This document shows, one piece after another, positions 49,323 to 52,842 of a stretch of DNA of 52,842 nucleotides. Below the pieces are notes generated by a model. That model saw only the letters and a list, made by a program, of their open reading frames with translations, had not been told where the DNA came from and searched no databases. The DNA is from Myxococcota bacterium (GTDB lineage Bacteria; Myxococcota_A; UBA9160; UBA4427). Location: contig JAPYQM010000011.1 in NCBI GenBank assembly GCA_029941235.1, forward strand, positions 4,677 to 57,518, read 5' to 3'. The translations under genes were made by a program, and so were the position numbers. Position 1 is the stretch's first letter, and each line of letters opens with the position of its first letter.

Positions 49323-49867
49323 CGCGCCTATTCTCCTAAGACCCGCTCGCCCGCTTCGTGGGCTCTCGTGGTGGTCACACGGATTCCCTCGCACCGAAGA
49401 CTCGAGCCGGTCCTCATTCCGTAAGCAAGACGACAAATACAGCCATTGCCGACCACTTTTTCCGTTCCGTCCGCCTCACGAAGTCTGTTCGCCTTCCGTC
49501 TCATCACCGAGTCGACCCGAGTGCAAAAGAGTTCCAGTTTTGGGAATATTATCCCTCCTTTGGAATCACTTTTCCTATCTTCGACCAAAACGGAGTCAAA
49601 CTTTTCTCTTTTTCAACCCAAAAGCGAGGTTATAAGGCTACGTCTCTGAAAATGATTGCGCACTTCGGGTCCAATTTCATCGTAGGCTCGGACAAGATCG
49701 AACTTCTTCAAGACACCGTGCCTCTCGGCACCCCGTGGGAATCGGACCCGCCGGTGTACAGTCCGGCCGGCCGGTATGATGGCGCGCTCAAGTCAAGCGG
49801 GCCTATCGGCCGATTCCGCCCAAGCGACTCGAGGCCTCGCCTCGCCTTAGCAAGGACTTCATGCCCC
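49323..49867. promoter_or_regulatory. AT-rich divergent control region between prsR-led export operon and wecB-xrtA-epsI operon
   Basis: This 545-bp non-coding gap is the largest in the window. The spot count for 49561-49620 is 23/60 GC. It contains several short direct repeats, described in the findings. Confidence 0.4.
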
Positions 49868-50995
49868 ATGACGATTCACCCGAAGCCTTCCCCAACGACG
49901 AAAATTCAGGTTGTTGTTGTCGCTGGAGCCAGGCCCAATTTCATGAAAATCGCCCCCCTGATGCACGAGTTGAATCGGCGCGGCGAGTTCATGGCCCATC
50001 TCGTTCACACCGGGCAGCATTATGACGATGCCATGTCCAACAATTTTTTCCGGGATCTCGGGATTCCTGAACCGAATATAAATCTGGGCGTAGGATCAGG
50101 CAGCCACGCGGAGCAAACCGGCCAGGTTCTAATCCAGATGGAGGCACTGCTTCAAGACAGACGTCCTGATGCCCTTGTCGTTGTGGGCGACGTCAATTCG
50201 ACCCTGGCCGCCTCACTGGCCGCCGTCAAGCTACAGATACCCATCGCGCATGTTGAGGCCGGGCTTCGGTCGGGCGATCGAACTATGCCCGAAGAAATCA
50301 ACAGGATCCTCACCGATTCTATTTCCACGTGGCTCTTCACCACGGAGCCCGATGGGGATCGGAACCTCCTCCGCGAAGGTACCGACCCAAACCGAATTCA
50401 TCGAGTCGGCAATGTCATGATTGACACTCTACTCGCAAACCTTGAACGTTCGAAGAAACTCAATACCCTTGAAGATCTCGGTCTCGAGCCCGAGGGCTAC
50501 GGGGTACTCACTCTCCACCGACCAGCCAACGTCGACGATACCGACAACCTCAAATCACTCTTTGGAGCACTGGAAGAAGTCCATCGTGACCTGCCGATCA
50601 TTTTCCCCGTGCATCCGCGAACGGCCGCGGCCATCGAGGCCCATCTGGGCGGGAGAAAACCGGACCTTCGGACAACGAAACCTCTTGGCTATCTTGATTT
50701 CCTCCGGCTGATGGCCAACGCGAGGCTCGTCCTCACGGACTCCGGAGGAATTCAAGAAGAGACTACGGCGTTGAGGGTCAGTTGCCTTACCTTGCGTGAG
50801 AACACCGAGAGACCCATCACCGTGACCCAGGGGACCAACACCATCGTCGGAGTGAATCCTCAGGTTATCCTTTCCGAAGCACGAAAAATCCTGAGTGGCG
50901 AAGGAAAGCGAGGCCAGGTCCCGGACTTGTGGGACGGGGGGGCCGCACCGCGCATCGTGGATATTCTTGAACGTGACCTCAGGAGAGAGTGTTGA
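49868..50995 (+). CDS. wecB: UDP-N-acetylglucosamine 2-epimerase (non-hydrolysing)
   Basis: The ATG at 49868 gives MTIHPKPSPTTKIQVVVVAGARPNFMKIAPL, followed by HTGQHYD and HVEAGLRS motifs. The in-frame upstream 170 codons of the track ORF look non-coding. Confidence 0.9.
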   Translation: MTIHPKPSPTTKIQVVVVAGARPNFMKIAPLMHELNRRGEFMAHLVHTGQHYDDAMSNNFFRDLGIPEPNINLGVGSGSHAEQTGQVLIQMEALLQDRRPDALVVVGDVNSTLAASLAAVKLQIPIAHVEAGLRSGDRTMPEEINRILTDSISTWLFTTEPDGDRNLLREGTDPNRIHRVGNVMIDTLLANLERSKKLNTLEDLGLEPEGYGVLTLHRPANVDDTDNLKSLFGALEEVHRDLPIIFPVHPRTAAAIEAHLGGRKPDLRTTKPLGYLDFLRLMANARLVLTDSGGIQEETTALRVSCLTLRENTERPITVTQGTNTIVGVNPQVILSEARKILSGEGKRGQVPDLWDGGAAPRIVDILERDLRREC

Positions 50996-51885
50996 ACCTG
51001 ATTTCGACATATTTCGCCGAGAAGCCGGTCATGGCTTCCCGTCGCGGACTCGCATGGCAAGTAGGGGGCTTACTTCTACTTCTTACGGTCGTCTATGCCC
51101 CCATTCTCTCAGCCATGGTCGAACATTGGCGAATCGTTCCAGACTACTCTCACGGGTTCCTCATCGTCCCTCTGGCTTTTATTTTCGCCTACGAAAAGAA
51201 GTTTCACCTAAGGGCAGCCGCCATCGAGGGAAGTTGGTGGGGTGTGGCGTTGCTTGCAGTGGGATTATCCCTACTGGCCCTCGGCCAACTCGGAAGTCTG
51301 CTCGCACCCCTCCGAGCGGGCTACGTCTTCAGCATGATGGGACTCGTCCTGCTCCTGCTCGGAAGGGGCGCATTTTCCCTCCTTCTTTTCCCAATGGCGT
51401 TTCTGCTGATGATGGTTCCCCTACCCCAATCGGTGGTCAACATCATCGCCTTTCCTCTCCAATTGATTGCCGCCAAATGGGCCGTTTGGCTTTTGCAGCT
51501 GATCGGAATACCGGTGCTCCTAGAGGGCAATATCATCCATCTTGCGGGTGGAGATCTCTTCGTCGCCGAGGCTTGCAGCGGCCTTCGATCCCTCATGGCC
51601 CTACTGACCCTCGGAATTGTATTCGCCCACTTTTTTCGTCGCGAAAGCCTTTTGCAACAGTGCTTGCTGGTCGCGTCGACGATTCCAATCGCCATCGTGG
51701 TCAACTCCCTGCGCGTCGCTGTCACCGGAATCCTCGCCCATACATACGGCCAGGAGAGCGCGACCGGCTTCATTCATGAATTCCAGGGAATGATTACCTT
51801 CAGCTTGGCCTTTCTGCTGCTGCTGGGCGAGTCCAAAGTCCTCGGCCGGCTCCTCGATCGCCGCCAAGCTGTGGGGACTAGCTAA
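50989..51885 (+). CDS. xrtA: exosortase (XrtA-like)
   Basis: 298-aa polytopic protein with DYSHGFLIVP, the catalytic-type Cys in EACSGLRS (TGC at 51574-51576), NSLRVA and GILAH/FIHEFQG. The start is GTG 50989 (7-nt overlap with wecB) or ATG 51031. Confidence 0.8.
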   Translation: MLNLISTYFAEKPVMASRRGLAWQVGGLLLLLTVVYAPILSAMVEHWRIVPDYSHGFLIVPLAFIFAYEKKFHLRAAAIEGSWWGVALLAVGLSLLALGQLGSLLAPLRAGYVFSMMGLVLLLLGRGAFSLLLFPMAFLLMMVPLPQSVVNIIAFPLQLIAAKWAVWLLQLIGIPVLLEGNIIHLAGGDLFVAEACSGLRSLMALLTLGIVFAHFFRRESLLQQCLLVASTIPIAIVVNSLRVAVTGILAHTYGQESATGFIHEFQGMITFSLAFLLLLGESKVLGRLLDRRQAVGTS

Positions 51886-52529
51886 TGGCCAAATTCGGCG
51901 TTGCAATGCTCTTCATTCTTCTCAATCTCTATACCTACCGCTTTTTCGCCAGCGAGGATTTCATCCCTGATCGGGGTGACTTTGCCAACTTCCCCCTCCA
52001 GATCGAGTCCTGGAACTGCTCAAACGCTCAGGAAATGTCGGATGACGTTCTCAGGCGACTCGGTGTCACCGACTACCTGCTCTGCGATTTTAGAAATCCA
52101 GAACTCAGGGCCGTAGCCAACGTCTACGTGGGCTACCACCAGACTCAGACCCGGGATACCGGGGGGAGCGACAACATCATCCATCCGCCAGAGCACTGCC
52201 TGCCCGGTGCGGGGTGGGACATCATCGAGAGCGACGTTGTCCCTCTCAATCTGGGCTTCGGGGGCGAGGCCCGACGTGTCATCATTGCCAAGGGAAACCA
52301 TCGTAATCTCGTCTACTTCTGGTACCAATCGCGCGGACGAGTCATTGCTCGGAACCACGAAAAGGTACTTTATATGTTTCTCGACCGAGCGACTCAGCGG
52401 CGCACCGACGGCTCACTCGTACGCTTCACGGTCCCTGTTTTGCACGGAGACATGGACACGGCAGAGCAAGTCTTCCAGTCTCTAGCAACAAAAATCACCC
52501 CTCTGCTTTCGGATTACGTCCCCAATTAG
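51885..52529 (+). CDS. epsI: exosortase-associated EpsI-family protein
   Basis: 214 aa with an N-terminal TM helix and the HPPEHCLPGAGW motif typical of EpsI. TAATG overlap with xrtA. Confidence 0.75.
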   Translation: MAKFGVAMLFILLNLYTYRFFASEDFIPDRGDFANFPLQIESWNCSNAQEMSDDVLRRLGVTDYLLCDFRNPELRAVANVYVGYHQTQTRDTGGSDNIIHPPEHCLPGAGWDIIESDVVPLNLGFGGEARRVIIAKGNHRNLVYFWYQSRGRVIARNHEKVLYMFLDRATQRRTDGSLVRFTVPVLHGDMDTAEQVFQSLATKITPLLSDYVPN

Positions 52530-52559
52530 GCGCCTCCCAGCGCGCCCGGGAAATTCAAC

Positions 52560-52842
52560 GTGCGGATTTTATTCATCAGTCACTACTTTCCGCCCGAGGT
52601 CAACGCCCCTGCCAACCGTACCCATGAGCACTGCCGCCGATGGGTCTCCGAGGGTCACGAAGTCACGGTAATCACCGGCGTCCCCAATCACCCCGCGGGC
52701 GCCCTCTTTGGCGGATACAACAATGCATGGCTGCAGGAAGAAGAAGTGGATGGCATCCGGGTAATCCGAACCTGGATGTTTCTGGCCGCGAATGCTGGGT
52801 TCGCCAAACGCATCCTGAACTACATTCTATTCGGCATAACGG
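52560..52842 (+). CDS. glycosyltransferase family 4 (WcaI-like), 5' fragment running off the window
   Basis: My manual translation from the GTG at 52560 gives VRILFISHYFPPEVNAPANRTHEHCRRWVSEGHEVTVITGVPNHP..., a typical GT4 N-terminus. It is not in the supplied track because there is no stop in the window. Confidence 0.6.
   Translation, partial: MRILFISHYFPPEVNAPANRTHEHCRRWVSEGHEVTVITGVPNHPAGALFGGYNNAWLQEEEVDGIRVIRTWMFLAANAGFAKRILNYILFGIT

Noticed and set aside
49521-49537. Sigma-54-like -24/-12 element on the minus strand (CTGGAAC TCTT TTGCAC) upstream of prsR
   Set aside because: The spacer is one nucleotide too short (N4 instead of N5) and the -24 box is TGGAAC rather than TGGCAC. Sigma-54 spacing is strict.
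49358-49867. 170-codon in-frame extension upstream of wecB (track ORF 49358-50995)
   Set aside because: Epimerase homology starts at MTIHPKPSPTTKIQVVVVAG (ATG 49868). The upstream part lies in AT-rich repeat-bearing DNA and has no epimerase-like sequence. An intermediate start (ATG 49652 or a GTG near 49763) cannot be excluded.

Overview
This is a 52.8-kb high-GC bacterial chromosomal segment. The envelope genes are Gram-negative in type, and the gene order resembles Deltaproteobacteria/Myxococcota-like lineages, which is inference only. I can support 42 protein-coding genes. By eye I find no rRNA, tRNA, CRISPR array, IS/transposase or prophage. The left two thirds are core functions: glyQS-recO-rodZ-like-pilW-like; a TCA block in which korAB converges on icd-mdh-sucCD; aspS; a GGDEF cyclase with a degenerate receiver; a DUF1329 + BNR envelope pair; an ABC1/UbiB kinase; argB-argF-[J-domain/TPR protein + lid-less Hsp70]-argG; and dprA-trmFO-xerC-hslVU followed by a REC-GAF-GAF protein. 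The right third (about 34.9 kb to the window edge) is an exosortase (XrtA + EpsI) / PEP-CTERM-type exopolysaccharide locus. It holds a PrsT-like TPR lipoprotein, nucleotide-sugar genes (manC, ugd, gmd, wecB), a WecA-like priming transferase, a short OPX protein next to a dedicated outer-membrane beta-barrel, a PCP/Wzz protein, an ExeA-like ATPase, a BY-kinase-like ATPase, a sigma-54 response regulator (PrsR-like), xrtA, epsI and a truncated glycosyltransferase. Three items deserve follow-up most: (i) the translationally coupled J/TPR + lid-less Hsp70 pair inside the arg cluster; (ii) the REC(Asp->Glu)-GAF-GAF gene in the slot that codY occupies in the Firmicute trmFO-xerC-hslVU cluster; (iii) the exosortase locus with its composite OPX/beta-barrel exporter, no adjacent sensor kinase and an AT-rich repeat-bearing control region. 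I did not find an unambiguous, wholly novel system. All functional calls rest on motif recognition and synteny from memory, not on database searches.
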